Positions 28,255 through 41,569 of a DNA stretch of 64,000 nt are shown here, piece after piece (the first letter of the stretch is position 1; every line of letters begins with the position of its first letter). The notes beneath the pieces are model-generated. The model searched no databases. It saw only the letters and a list, made by a program, of their open reading frames with translations, and had not been told where the DNA came from. The translations under genes were made by a program, and so were the position numbers. The stretch comes from Glaucostegus cemiculus (Eukaryota). The DNA is taken from contig CDPCPM010000012.1 in the NCBI GenBank assembly GCA_976551045.1, forward strand, positions 2,046,001 through 2,110,000. The letters run 5' to 3'.

Positions 28255-29005
28255 AGAATCAAAAATCAGGTTTATTATCACTGACTTGTATGTCATGAAA
28301 TTTGTTGTTTTGCAGCAGCAGTACAGTGCAAAGACATAAATAATGCATAAAAAAGAGGAATAATGAAGTAGTGTGCACGGATTCATGAACCATTCAGAAA
28401 TCTGATAATGGAGGGGAAGACACTGTTCCTGAATCATTCATTGTGGGTCTTCAGGCTCCTGTGCCTCCTCCCCGATGGTAGTAATGAGAAGAGGGCATGT
28501 CCTGGATTGTGAGGGTTCTTAGTGATGGATGCCACCTTCTTGAGGTACCACCTCTTGAAGATGTCCTCGATGGTGGGGAGGGTTGGGCCCGTGATGGAGC
28601 TGGATGAGTCTACAACCCTCTGCAGCCTCTTGTGATGCATTGGAGCCTCCATACCAGGTAGTGATGCAACCAGTCATATTGCTCTGCATCATACATCAAT
28701 AGAAATTTGCAAGTCTCTGGTGACATAATAATTCTCCTCAAACTCCTAATGGAGTAGAGCCATTGGCATGCCTTCCTTGTGATTGCAACAATGGGTTGGG
28801 CCCAAGATAGATCCTCTGAGATGCTGATGCAGAGGAACCTGAAGCTGCTCACCCTTTCCGTGGCTGATCCCTCATTAAAGACTAGAGTGTGCTCTCCTGA
28901 CTTCTCCTTCCTGAAGTCCACAATCACTTCCTTGGTCTTGCTGACGTTGAGTGCAAGGTTGTTGTTGCAACACCACCCAACTAGCCGAACTCTCTCTTTC
29001 TTGTA
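28255..29005 (-). mobile_element. Rex1/Babar LINE 3' fragment
   Basis: ORF 28610-29014: WCCNNNLALNVSKTKEVIVDFRK...ERVSSFRFL.ISISEDLSW; HPGHALFSLLPSGRR-like motif; (TGATTC)-type tail. Related 3' ends near 665-790 and 33135-33440. Confidence 0.9.
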
Positions 29006-29309
29006 TGCCTCCACATCACCATGTGTTGATTTTAAATAAAGTAGGTAAAGAAATTACAGAAGCTTTAGCTTTTATCTGCCAAAGGTACTTTAATGCAGAT
29101 ATTGTCCATTTATATTGGATAATTGCAAATGTCAGTGCATTATGTAAAGATGAGAGAAAGATGGTAGGAAATTATGTCTCTCTGGTTCAATAACAGTTTT
29201 TGGGAAGCTATTGAATTCTATAATTAAGGACAGAGTTACTGAAAAATTGGAAATGTAAGCTGAGTAATAAAAACATATTTTATAAAGAGTAGAACAGGAT
29301 ACACTCGTA

Positions 29310-29642
29310 TAATGGTTAAATTATTGGACTGATATCCAGAGGTCTAGATCTTGAAACTAGATTTTGATTTCCATCATAGCAACTGGTAAATTAAAAAATT
29401 CAAGTCATTAATAATCTGTAATAAAATGCTGGTATAAATAACACTAACTATGAAGTTACCAGATTATTATAAAAACTCATCTGGTTCACCAATGTAATTT
29501 TGGGATAAAAATCTGCCATCTTTACCTGGTTTGCTCTTAACTGCCCCCTGAAATGGCCTCACAATTCAGGGAGCAACTAAGAATGAACAAGAAATGCCCA
29601 TCTTGTCAACGACCTTCATATCCTGTGAGCAAATAAATAAAA
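29310..29642 (+). mobile_element. SINE sharing its 3' tail with the LINE fragment at 54090-54375
   Basis: Tail GCAACTAAGAATGAACAAGAAATGCCCATCTTGTCAACGAC resembles GCAGTTGGGGACAGGCAATAAATGCTGGCCTTGCCAGCAAC. Confidence 0.6.
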
Positions 29643-29644
29643 AT

Positions 29645-31560
29645 AACTTCTAACAAATCTAATTGAATTTTAGGGAAGTATCTGAATTAGTGGACGGGAG
29701 AACTGTTTATGGATATAGGTTAAATGAACTATCAGAAGACAATTAGGAGGCTAAAAGAAAATTTTTGGTGTAATTCATGTACATTCAAACTGAAAGGAAA
29801 TGATAAGTAGGGTTCCATAAGGATCTGTGCTCAGGCTTTCTTCAGCATTTCCATTGATAACATAAAATGTTAAGGAGCTCCATATATCCATGCTGGCTAA
29901 TGATAGATTAGGGGTAAGATTGATCGCCCTAAAAATGTGCATGGGGACCATTAAATTGTATTAGGCTGCACCCGTTGTTCCAGTTAATTGCTTGCCAGCT
30001 AATCTGTTTGTCATGTACAGCCACTGCTAACTGTGCAGCTGAGTGATTGTACATTGTGAGAGGCAAACTCTATTTAAAGATAGTTTGCAAATCTCAAAGC
30101 TGCTTACAATGCACACAGTGGAGGTGCATTTTGACTGAATAAATTAGCAGATTCTCTGATTATCTTTATATCCTTATACTGATAACATTTCACTCTCTCG
30201 TCCTCAGAGGCTCATGGAGGAGAATTGCTCCCAAAGCACTGTGGGTAGATATGGATTCCTGTTAAGATTCCTTCCCCTCCTCCTCATACCTTTCGGCAGT
30301 TTATCTGCAACTCATTCCCCAGTCAATCTCTGCTCCAAGGGGAGGCCTTCTTATATCTTTGTGATTGGGAGCAACTGTTTCATGCAAAAGTCTTAAAGTC
30401 CTTCAGTACCTAGCACACCCTCCTAGTAGCCTTTAGCAATTTTAAAGAGCCCAAAAAAGACAAAACATTTGTCAAACTATAACAGAGTCCAATCAGCAAC
30501 TAACTTGAAACTGGATGATGACCCCTATAAATTGTACTGATGGAGGTCCTTCCTGCTGTTAGCTGTTCATGAAAAAGATAGAGTAAGGCAAATGATGCAC
30601 AGGAGAATATTTATGGAACAAGTTGTGCCTGGTTATTGGTGAAATCAGCACAGCATACTGGTTGCCTTCATGATCTGTCTGCTGCGCATAGTGCACTAAC
30701 AACTTCACCAATAACCAGGCACAACTTGTTCCATAAATATTCTCCTGTGCATCGTTCAACATTTTACCAAGAATACCTAAGAACAATGCTTTAAATTTGA
30801 GTTTTGTGCTGAAAAGGTTTGTGGCATAAAGGTAATGCTAATGGGAGCATAAAATTACAAGTAGACATTGATGTTGTCAGAAAATTGTCAGAAGAACTGG
30901 CATATGAATTCCAGCACAGACAGGCGTGAGGTCATCCATTTTGGAGAAAAAATACATCGAGGCATTTTGAAGTGACTCAAGCTCAAAGGCTAGAATATAA
31001 AGGGAAGGAAATTTTGCTGCAGTTATTCAAAAGATTGGTTAGATCCATACTGGAGGACTACGCAGTTCTGGGTAAGAGACCTTAGTGCTACATAAAGGAG
31101 TTAGAATGAATGAAAGCAAATACGCATTTGTCCTACTGTCTCCTTTTCAAAATATGTACAGCAGACAGATCACAATTCCAATCAACATGCTGAATATGCC
31201 CACATGCAGGGCTAGGACGGAGTGCAGCTCAGATTCATCAGAAGGTTCCTGTGACTCCAATGATTTGGTTAATAGCAGATGCAATGTATTCTTGTTTTCC
31301 CTGCAACATGGAATGTTGAGGATTTAATGGAGGCAAAAAAGGAAGTTTGGACAGGTAGAGAGAGACTTTTACTGCTACTGGTGAAAATAAACTTGAAACC
31401 ATTGCCAGGCCATTCAGGGAGAATCTAGGAAACATTTTGCGAAGGGTGATGAAGGTGTTCAAGTCTCACCCACAAACAAAACTACTGATGTTAGTTTAAT
31501 TAATTACTTTAAATTTTGGATTGATTAGGTTTTTTTCTTGCCAAATTTATTATGAAACCA
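29645..31560 (+). mobile_element. Ancient fragmented CR1 with later inserts
   Basis: TNLIEF near 29652, VP.GSVL near 29812, EVIHFG near 30928, LVRSILEDYA near 31035, 3' remnants 31300-31560. Confidence 0.6.
30594..30753. repeat. Perfect inverted repeat, 50-bp arms, 60-nt spacer
   Basis: 30594-30643 is the exact reverse complement of 30704-30753. Confidence 0.97.
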
Positions 31561-32399
31561 AAAGTAATATGCTGCATTTGGTGGCCATCTGAAGCAGCAA
31601 ACAAAAATGCTAGAAGCTCTCAGCAGATTAAGCAGCTTTCGGAGAGAAACAGAGCAGACATTTCAGACCAATAGCCTTTCATCATGCGTTCAGATGAAAC
31701 CTATTGATCTGAAAAGTGAATGTTATTTCTTTCCATGTATATCCTGCCGGACCTGCTGAGCACTTCCAAAATTAAAATGGTTGGGGATGTGGAACCAGGG
31801 TTTGTATATTGTCAGGATGAGGATCAATAAGAATCTCACGGAACTACAGAAGAGAATGGAGAGAGTGCATGTCATATTCCTGTTTCTGTGTTTGTCTCTT
31901 GCCAAGATGGGACTTATTGCTTATTCAGTATATATTCATTGGTAACTTTGTTTAGGGTTTTACTATTATTGACAAAAGCATCAGAATGATTATAGTGTGC
32001 ATACAAATAGTAAATGCTCAGAAAACTCTTTTACTTGGGAAAAGCTTTCATTTCATAATAAACACTGTACTGAACTTTAAATTTTAGCATTCTCTTGTTA
32101 AAATATGATAATTAATCAATTTAAGCATCAACATATCACACCTTATTAACAGGATGATTTCAGAATGCTCTGTGTCTTTTAGCTTAACAAGTGGAAGTAT
32201 CCAGTGCAATTAAAGGAGCTATCGGAAGGAAATGAAAGCAATTACCGCATTTGTCCTAATGTCTACTTTTCAAAATATGCAGAGTAGGCAGATCACAATT
32301 CCAATCAACATGCTGGCTGTGTCAAATTGGACCTCACTGAAGCAGCTCACACTTTGTGTTCAACAAATACACAGAATAAAGCTTTAATTAGTACCCTAC

Positions 32400-35300
32400 C
32401 CCAATCCCACACATACTTCTGCTCTACTTAAAGAGATCACCAGCAGTTGGTGGTTAATAACAAGGGAGCATTGGTTTGAGCAAGCTGTTGTTGTTCAGTG
32501 CTTCTAAAATATCTACACTCAGATGTACAAGGAGCTCAAAGAGTTTTTGTTGGCTTCAAGACTCTGCCATATCCAGTTGCTTCAGCATGCCTCTTGGTGT
32601 GCAATGTGACAAGAGAAAAGAGGCACGGACAGCCTGCTGTGGGGGCGGGCAGAAGGGACATTACCATGATGTCACAGCCACCAGGGTCAATTAGATTAAA
32701 TTTTTCCTCATTCGTTAAAATATCCCACAGCCACAGCTATAACTATACAGCCATCCAAGGGCAGCTTTCCCAGTGCTTGATAAGGTGTCAGTGGCAATGA
32801 ACTTCTATGTGTTGGGCTCCTGTGGGTGTAGGACTGAAGCATACCCCAGCCTCATAACGCCATGACACAAGGGAGCTCACAGTTCCTCTCTAATCCAAGA
32901 GAAAGCTGAAAACATCAAATTCTCCCTTGCAAGAGACAATGGCAGAAGGGGTACACAGCTTGCCCAGAATTGCATGCTTCCCAGTGGGTGCCACAAAATC
33001 CTTCTGGGTGCTACTGCAACCAGAAGGATTTCCACTTACACACCCACATACCTGTTGCAACACAGGAAAGACTATTTAGCCTATTGGGTCTATGCAAGCA
33101 GAGTAATCCCATCAATCCAATTCCCCTTCATCTTATTTGGTATTGGTATTGATTTATTATTGTCACTTGTACCAAGGTACAGTGAAAAATTTGTCTTGCA
33201 TACCGTTTGTACAGATCAATTCATTAACACAGTGCATTGAGATAGTACAGGGTAAAAACAATAACAGCATACAAAGTGTTACAGCTACAGGGAAGTGCAG
33301 TGCAGGTAGACAATAAGTTGCGATGTCATAATAAGGTGGATTGTGAGGTCATGAGTGAATCTCATCATACAAGGGAACTATTCAATAGTCTTATCACAGT
33401 GGGATTGAAGCTGTCCTTGAGCCTGGTGGTATGTGCCCTGCAGTCCTACAATATATTCTCTCTCACATGCCCATCAACTTCCTTTTTGCTTCCTTTAACT
33501 CATATGGGCAATTTACAATAGCCATTCAATCTACTATCACATCTTCGACATGTGGGAGGAAACTGGAGTACCTGGAGGAAACCGGAGTACCTGGAGGAAA
33601 CCTACATGCTCATGTTCAAACTCCAACAAAATGCATCCGAGGTCAGAATGGAACCAAGGTCCATGGAGCTGTTAGGTAGCAAGGGTAACTGTTGTGCCAT
33701 TGTGACTATTTACTTGGTGTGCAACCATGGATAATGCATAGCGATGGACATTACAGCACACCATGATGATCAGTGCCTGGTATCCAGGCAGAAATTGTAT
33801 TGGGTTCATTTGTGGAAGCCTGCTGTGCCATTAACATCAAGTCAAGGGCTACAACTTGACCACATGACTCTTAACTCTGGTGTGCAACTCATTCCCATGT
33901 GGGTAGGGTATCAACAATGAATCAAAAAACAAACTGCTGGAGGAACTCAGTGGGTCAGGCAGCAACTGTGGAGGTAGAGGGATAATTGACACTTCAGGTT
34001 TGAGACCCTACATCAGAACTGAGAGCACCCAGCCAAGTTATCTCCCTCTCTGCACAGATGCTGCCTGACCCACTGAGTTTCTCCAGCAGATTGTTTTTCT
34101 GCTCCAGGTTACAGCATCTGCAGTCCCTTGTGCAACAATGGAAGCCATGTTGTGTCACAGAACACAACAGAGAAAACCACTGACATTTTCAAATATTCTG
34201 CTGCCTAGATTGCTTTGGAAGAGCCCAGAAATACATGCTGGAATGAATCCTGAGATATATAACCATCTCACCATGGGCTCAACCTTCACCACAGGTTGAC
34301 TGATGAGGAATTATGGTCCAGAAGAAAGCAGCAAAGAGAGGAGGCCATAGAAATAGCCTCCTTTTGGATGGATTGCAAACAAAGAGTACTGGAAGTACTC
34401 CACAGATCAGGCAGTGACTGTGAGAGAGAAAAACAGAGTTAACTCAATAGGTTGATGATCTTTCACAAGAATTGGTTGGTTTTGACACAATCTGGTAAGG
34501 CTCAATTCAACAATTTCAGGTAACTAACACTGAATGAGCCTATTTTCATCTTCCTACCATGCACGGCACAGCCCCAAACTCAACAATGAATTTAATGATT
34601 TCAGATAACCAGTTATTCCAGTCTGTATCAGAACTGGTCAGTTCTGAAGAAAGGTCATCAACCTGCTATGTTAACTCCATTTTTCTGTCTCTACATAAGC
34701 TGCTAGACCTGATGAGTATTTCCGGCATTTTATTTTAGATTTCCAGCAATAGCAGTTTTTTGGCTTTTTGATGTTTTGGGTGGGGGGGGGGGGTACAGAG
34801 ATGGCTGTCCATGAGAAATTAAACTGATTGCTTTAGCAATGATCACAAATCCCTCTGTTGATGACTAAACCTGCATCCATCTGACCACACAGCAAAAATA
34901 AAGATCACCACAAAATATTTCACTCCATGCCATAAGCCATAACATTTCAATTAATGAACCTTGTGCATGTGTTTAATGCCTTACTTTGTGCTGTGGGGCT
35001 CCTATGCAGTGCTGCCCCACTTGCTGTAGCATGCATTCTCCTCAGAAATAGGGTTGTGAGTTGATGTGCATCATGGAATGTGTTTAAGTAGTGTGGTTGT
35101 CATGGTTGAATAGCCACACGTGTGCAAGCTTGAATTAAGTGTGTGAAGCTTACTTAAGTGAAATGCATACTAGAGTATGCATTTTCAGATACAAGATTGC
35201 TGGGAGGTGTATAATGATGGTGTGGTGCATTGAGTAGTGCTGCAGACTATTAGTGTAGTTGGTGGGATATAAAATTTGAAGATCATTCACTGATCCTGAT

Positions 35301-35940
35301 CACATCTGTAAGGTCATTGAATATCTTTGCAGCACTGCATCTAGGTCCCAATGCACTTGGCTCTAGGCATTTGCATGTTATACCCACAGAGCCTCTGGAT
35401 CTTCCACAGATAGACTGCATCACTCCTCCAGCAAGCAACCAGAGCAACATAAAAGACTGAAGCCCATTCTCAACTGTGTGATGTAACGCCTGTTTGACCA
35501 AGTCAAATTTATCTTGCAGTCACTTCCACTACTCTTTCAAAACCAAAATTTAAAGTACCTTTAAAATTTGTACACTTGCATTAGGTAGTCTAGGCCAGCT
35601 GCAATTGTTGGTGGCCACTCTTCAAATTAGACCATTCTTGTTGCTGAGGGAATAGCTAACTTAAAAGAATGGTTAGTGAGGGCTGTGTGCTACAATCACT
35701 TTAATGATAAGGCAGCACACAGATTGCTTGCTGCTTACATTGGGTTGAATGGGTGTGGCGTAATCATGCATCATGATCTCTGCATCCGTTTATCAGTGCT
35801 ATTAAGTTCAACCTCAACAAATTCTCCAAAGAGATTACTAACTCTTGTTGGCAGATTAGCTTGCAATGCGAGTAATGAGGGCAGCAGGAAAAATGCCAGA
35901 AGGGGGCCACGTTAGGGAGAAGAAATGTTATGTAGCTTCA
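32400..35940. mobile_element. Harbinger/PIF DNA transposon fossil: transposase (+) and Myb/SANT-like gene (-)
   Basis: Plus: AFPVLDKVSVAMNFYVLGS (32761-32820), MMISAWYPG (about 33763), KGYNLTT*LLT (33844), GSH..SQNTTEKT...CLDCFGRAQKY (34140-34235). Minus: KIFNDLTDVIR near 35290-35330. Outer boundaries uncertain. Confidence 0.75.
33920..34132. mobile_element. Fold-back Penelope-terminus-derived element with 8-bp TSD CAACAATG
   Basis: Arms 33934-33964 and 34059-34089 are 30/31 reverse-complementary; CAACAATG at 33912-33919 and 34133-34140. Confidence 0.85.
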
Positions 35941-36813
35941 GGATAAAAGTCTCTTGAATGGACTTTCCCAAGAGAGGCAAAATATAACAATTATTTTTAA
36001 AGAATGACTTTACTTTCCATATACTTGTGTAGTTTAACTGATGTAAATACATGATCACTGACTGATTCATAATTTAATTTTCTAAACTGGTAAATGGATC
36101 CAATTTTTTAATATCATTTGAAGAATTAAACTCTTTAATCAATATCAATATGCACATTATATAAGTATGATGAAGAGTTGTTAAGTGTATCAAATTATTT
36201 TCAGTATACAATTATATACATGTTAACCATATTGTATGACAACATTATTGAAACAATTTGTAATACATGTCAAAATGAAAATTTTACTAATCATATCATG
36301 AAGATACATATTGCTATTGCAGTTCCCAGATTTTTGAGTGGACCTTTTAAAATCTACAAGAGTTGATAAAAGGAAGTTGAACTTTCTGAAGACAGCCTTC
36401 TTTAGAAGAGATGCAAGGGTTTCAGCTGAGATCAAAGCCGTCAGCTAGGCCAAGAATGTTAACAGATGGAGCACAAAAGCAGAACATGTACTTGGCTGCA
36501 GATAATTCTGCATGTGTACTTTTACAGATCATCAACTGACAGAATTTGCTCTTTAGCATGAAAGGATGTTACTATTAATAAACAAGTTGATAAGCTTTTT
36601 CATAAATGCACAAGCATTTTAAGATTTTTCTTTAACTCTTACTATAGTAGTAAGATAACATTTCTTTACATACCCTAGTCCTTGGCTTCCATTCCTATTT
36701 ATCTGGATTTTGCTCTGTTTGTTTCATGTACTGTTTAGCAATTAATAAGAATTCTGAAAAATTGGAAGGACTGGATCTTGCTGGCATAGTTCCCAGACCC
36801 ATCCCCACCCCCA

Positions 36814-36858
36814 ACAGACAGACAGACAGACAGACACACACACACACACACACACACC
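36814..36858. repeat. Compound (GACA)n(CA)n microsatellite
   Basis: Direct reading. Confidence 0.95.
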
Positions 36859-38612
36859 TGGAATTGCATCTACAGTATGTTCCAAGTCCTCACTTCCCTA
36901 CTTAACCATTGTGGAAAAGGAGGGCCAAGCTTACTGGCCCAAAGGATCCCAAATTCTGAACACTAGCAGGGCCATGCCCTCAAAATGCCCCAAAAGGTCT
37001 GACAGCCAATAAACCCCCACTCCAGCTACACTTGCTGTAAAAGGAGTGAGGGATTTTTATTAAGTGTTCAAATGTCTTCACTCAAAAACATTTAAGATAT
37101 ACTAAAACTGAAGTAGTCAAATTTAAAAATAAACTCTTTTTTTTACAAAACCTATTGACTAAAATAATTAAAACACTACATTAACATGAAATATTTTTCA
37201 AATAAGAAACTTACCTTCCACTTTGCTTCCTGATCTTTGGCATTACACTCCCAGCCTACTGGGAACTGCAACCATCTTATGAATCTGTCAGTAAGTCTGA
37301 AACTTGTGCATGTGATAATACTTGCATTGAAGTTCCAAACTTACTGTTACTTATACAGCTAAATGTAGGTGGTACCAGGGTTAACAGCCATGATCTGGGC
37401 CATAATTTTGTTTGCTGGTGCTGGAGTTCATAAAGCAGGCTCATCACAACAATAAGATGTACTGAATTGAATCACCATGTAAACACTGAACAGACTACAC
37501 ACCCTGTGAATCCATCATTGTAATAATGGAGAACTGTTATTTTGCATTATTAATTTGTATTTTTTTTTGTTTTCTAAGAATTCCACACCAATAATTGATA
37601 TAACATAATGCCATAGATTGTTAATAGCAAAGATCTCTGCTCAGTAACATGCACAAAGCAATCTTGCAATAACTCTTGTTGCAGATGGGCAGATTCATTG
37701 AACAATGTCAACATGTAGTGCGAACTACAGAAATGCAGAAACCTAAGAAAGCAAACCACTGCTTCTTCATCAACATCCAACCAAAATAACTGATGCATCA
37801 TAATCCAAAATGACAAAAACCATCACTATCTTCAAAAATTACATGTGTGCATATATCTACATTTACTGGATAATGAATTTATTAGTGGTATACTAGATTG
37901 CGATGAGAGCTCAAAACAGGACTATAAACATGATTGTGGACTAATAGCATGATCATTTCTCTACTACAGGTGTCACAGTCATCAAAGTGAAGAAATAATA
38001 AAGTCTGGCTCATATCATGAGAACCTCTTCGCAATGAAAACTTTTCATGAAATTACTCCAAGGTCATTAACAAATAACAATGATTTTTTTTTAACTTTAG
38101 TATAAAGATATATAAGTTTTGTTGAATTGCATATCCCTTGTCAACCTCATAATTTAACTGAATTGTATTTTTACTGCCTTTGATTCATTGCACAGATGTG
38201 ACTAATTATTAAAAGTACAGCAGTTAGTGCAATAATTCATCTCCTTTAAACCTCCAACGTGAATCAGATTTTGACTTTTTTCTTACCATCCTGGTTCACT
38301 TTCTTATTATTCTTTATCAACGTTTCCAATTGTACAAAGGAATCAAACTCAATTACATTAAGATGTCCTCACACTTTCAAGTGCCTGGTATTCAAATTGA
38401 GTAAACTAGATAGATCTATCACTTTCAAAAAACACTAATTTATATAATGTAGATTTTGCAAATGTTAACTCAGAGAAAATGATTACTTGCTTACCTATTT
38501 CTGATGTCTGGCAGCTGTTTTCTCTTGATCTCTCCTTTGGTCTTTCTTTCTTTCACTTCTGCTTTTCCCTCTTTAATTTGCATTTCTTTGGTTTAAGAAG
38601 TCCAAAACTTAC

Positions 38613-38729
38613 CAGTTTTGAATTGCAACATCCTTCACCTACGGATGTTCGGAAAAAGGCTGATTCACCCAAATCTTGAGTTAAGCCATTTATCAGACAT
38701 CTTGGATGACTATCCAAAACCGTCCAGGC
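38613..38729 (-). other. Candidate alternative (cassette or terminal) ADAMTS9 exon
   Basis: Acceptor cattttctcAG|G, donor CTG|gtaagt, 117 bp, open only in the phase-0 frame; second donor TAG|gtaagc at 38495. Confidence 0.3.
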
Positions 38730-41569
38730 CTGAGAAAATGCTAATAAGTAACTAACACCAATACTAGGGTCTTTATCAGAAAGTGGTTTGTCTTGCATAA
38801 AGTAAACCTCAAGCCATGTTTTTGGTTGTGGTCAAGCCAGCACCAAATGGTACGAAATTAGCTTGTTGAAAAAGAATATCAATGGAGTCAAGAGGAGAAT
38901 TAATTCAGGAATACCTTCCCAGTTCCATAGTATTTCTCTGGATCCCCTCTACATCTCCACACTCAGGACATGCCCAAGGACTGCTGCTGTTGATGGCATA
39001 GGGCTGATATTTTATACCTCCACTGGAGACACTGCCCATGGAGGTGAAACAGGCTCATATGCAAATAAAGCCCAATAGTAATTAGATGTGATCTTACAGC
39101 TTCAAGTGGAACGAACATTTCCTATACACATACAGTGCTTTAAAATTGTTTGAAGAAACTGTTAGCACCAAAGTCAAATGGAAAAATGAAAAGATGTCAC
39201 TACATTCAGAAATGCCAGAAAAAATGGGATTCTAATACAATAAATGAGTAATTATCAAGGAAGTCAATTCAGTTTGTGTGCAATGCCTTCTGAATTATTC
39301 ACCAGAAGAATGTAACCTTATGAAGAAAGAACAGTAATATTGGTTGACTGACTTTGCACATAGATTTTACATATAGATATCCAAAAGAATGTGAAAGTTT
39401 GTTACTATTGGTGAACAGAAGATTTTAGAACAGAACTGTTTTAGTTTCAGTGATAATTTGTTGTAGAATTGTCATGAGGATTAACTGCAAATATATTCAT
39501 CCATAACCCTTAGCACATTATCTAATGATAATGTTAAGTGTGATCTTCCATAAAGCAACAGCTTCAGCTCTTCAAAGTTCCAGATGTTTCATCTACGTAC
39601 ATGCATTATAATCCACAATCATATTTGTGCTTTAGATTCTGATGTAAAATCTCTGTGACAACGCAGTCAGAAAGATGTGAAACATGATGATGCTGAAAGT
39701 GAACCTGAGAAATTATCATCTTCTGCTCTCATTATTAGACCAAACTTGCAGTGCGTCAAATATATTCAAAAATTCCTGCAAGATCAATGAAATCTACATG
39801 ACATTTGTACTTGGAGATCATTACAAATGTGGAGGTTTTCATTGGATTCCAGTGGTGTCAAATCCATTTTTTTTCCTGTTATGCTTTGTTTGGTGTTTCA
39901 TTTTCCTGACTTATGTGCTTACGTAATGTCAATATGACTAATTTTTGGATATATGCAGTCAAATCTTGAAGTGGTAACTTGTTTTATTCACATTATGGAA
40001 TTGGACCTGGACAACCAGGAGGGCTATTTATTCACTCTGAATGCTTTGGCCAGGGACAATATTTCAGGGAACTTTAAATAAAAAATAGCCATATATTGTC
40101 AAACCACAAAGATTGAGAGGATGCTGAGATAAAAAAAATCATCTCCAATTTTTCAAAAGGCTGGGTAGAATGGCTCTTGAATGTTCAACTTGGTGCTGAA
40201 TTGAAGACTAAATTTGAGTTGGCATTACTGCTGTGATCCCTTCTAAATGTAGATTGGGATGCCAAAGAGAGGAAAAGAAAACTCTATTCAGTTTTAGGAA
40301 ACATCAACCATTAATTTCTTAATGTTTATGTATCACATATAGATAAATATCCTTTTATATGTATAGTTACTCCCAACAACTAGCTGTACGTATGTCCACT
40401 GATAAAGTCACTTCATAAGTAGTATAATTTTGTTTTCCAGTAATAGTATATAGCAGTTTCAAAACTTCTCAGAATTAAATGGTTGACAAATGAATAGGTT
40501 TGTATCACAGAAAAAGGATGTCTGGAGGACTTACAATCAGTTAATTTACTTGGAAGAAAAAAAAATCAGACACTCCCTGTTACAGCTCTGTGATCCTGCC
40601 CACCTGCTGAGCAAAAGCAACAGATACACTCAGGAATATCTGCCCCTATATTTCTTCCACAGAACCAATATTCCATTTCCTCATTAACTCTAAGCCGAAC
40701 AGAAAAAGCATTTACCTTTTAATTAAAAAATGCTTGCAGTATATTTTCCAATAAATTATAAAACATTGCTACCACATGTTGATTTTCATCTTCATAACAT
40801 GCATCATAGAAAATGCAATCCACAGGGTTACCAATATTAAGTTTACAAGAGAATAACAAACATGGGGTAGATTTTCATCTTTGTCTGGATGGTGATCTGG
40901 TGATCATCCCATACTAGTTATACAACCTGCTTAAATTTCATTCCACTAATTTCAATATGGGTTTCAGTAAGGGAATTTGACAATTTCTGCTAGATTATCA
41001 TCAGGCAATTGAAGAGAAAATCTATTTTGTGCTTGTGGCCAGTTCCATTGTGATGGAAGCATTTCAACCTTGGCAAAACCATTAAAGCAGTAAACAGTTG
41101 TTATTTTAAAATTCTTGTATTTGCTGAAGTTTTGGCATTTTTGTAACACAAAGTAATCAGCATGTTGGATAATATTAAAGACAGTGGACAGGTGACTGAA
41201 TTCAGAATTCACACTGAGCTATAAATTATATAAATGTCAAGTCATCTTTGATTTAAATACATGATTTTTGCAACATTTAACTCCCCAAATAAAAAAGACA
41301 TTGCTATGTCAACAAAAATTCACACTAGCAATGCTTGCAAAGAATGGAGCCCCCCTTGTTGAAAATGGGGAGGCTCTATTTAAAATACTTTCAAACCATT
41401 TAATTCTGTCAGCATACTTTCACTGTTCTCATGTATGGCATGAAATTTTACATGTGGTACTGTACACGCATAATAAATGCATATAGAAATGGCTCCATTG
41501 TAATACCGTAAAGAGCTACCACAATCATTCACAAAGTATATGTTATGCACATTAAACTGTCACCATATA

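Noticed and set aside
32480-32700. GC-richer stretch with GGGGCGGG as a promoter or CNE
   Set aside because: Directly upstream of the Harbinger transposase remnant and more simply part of that fossil.
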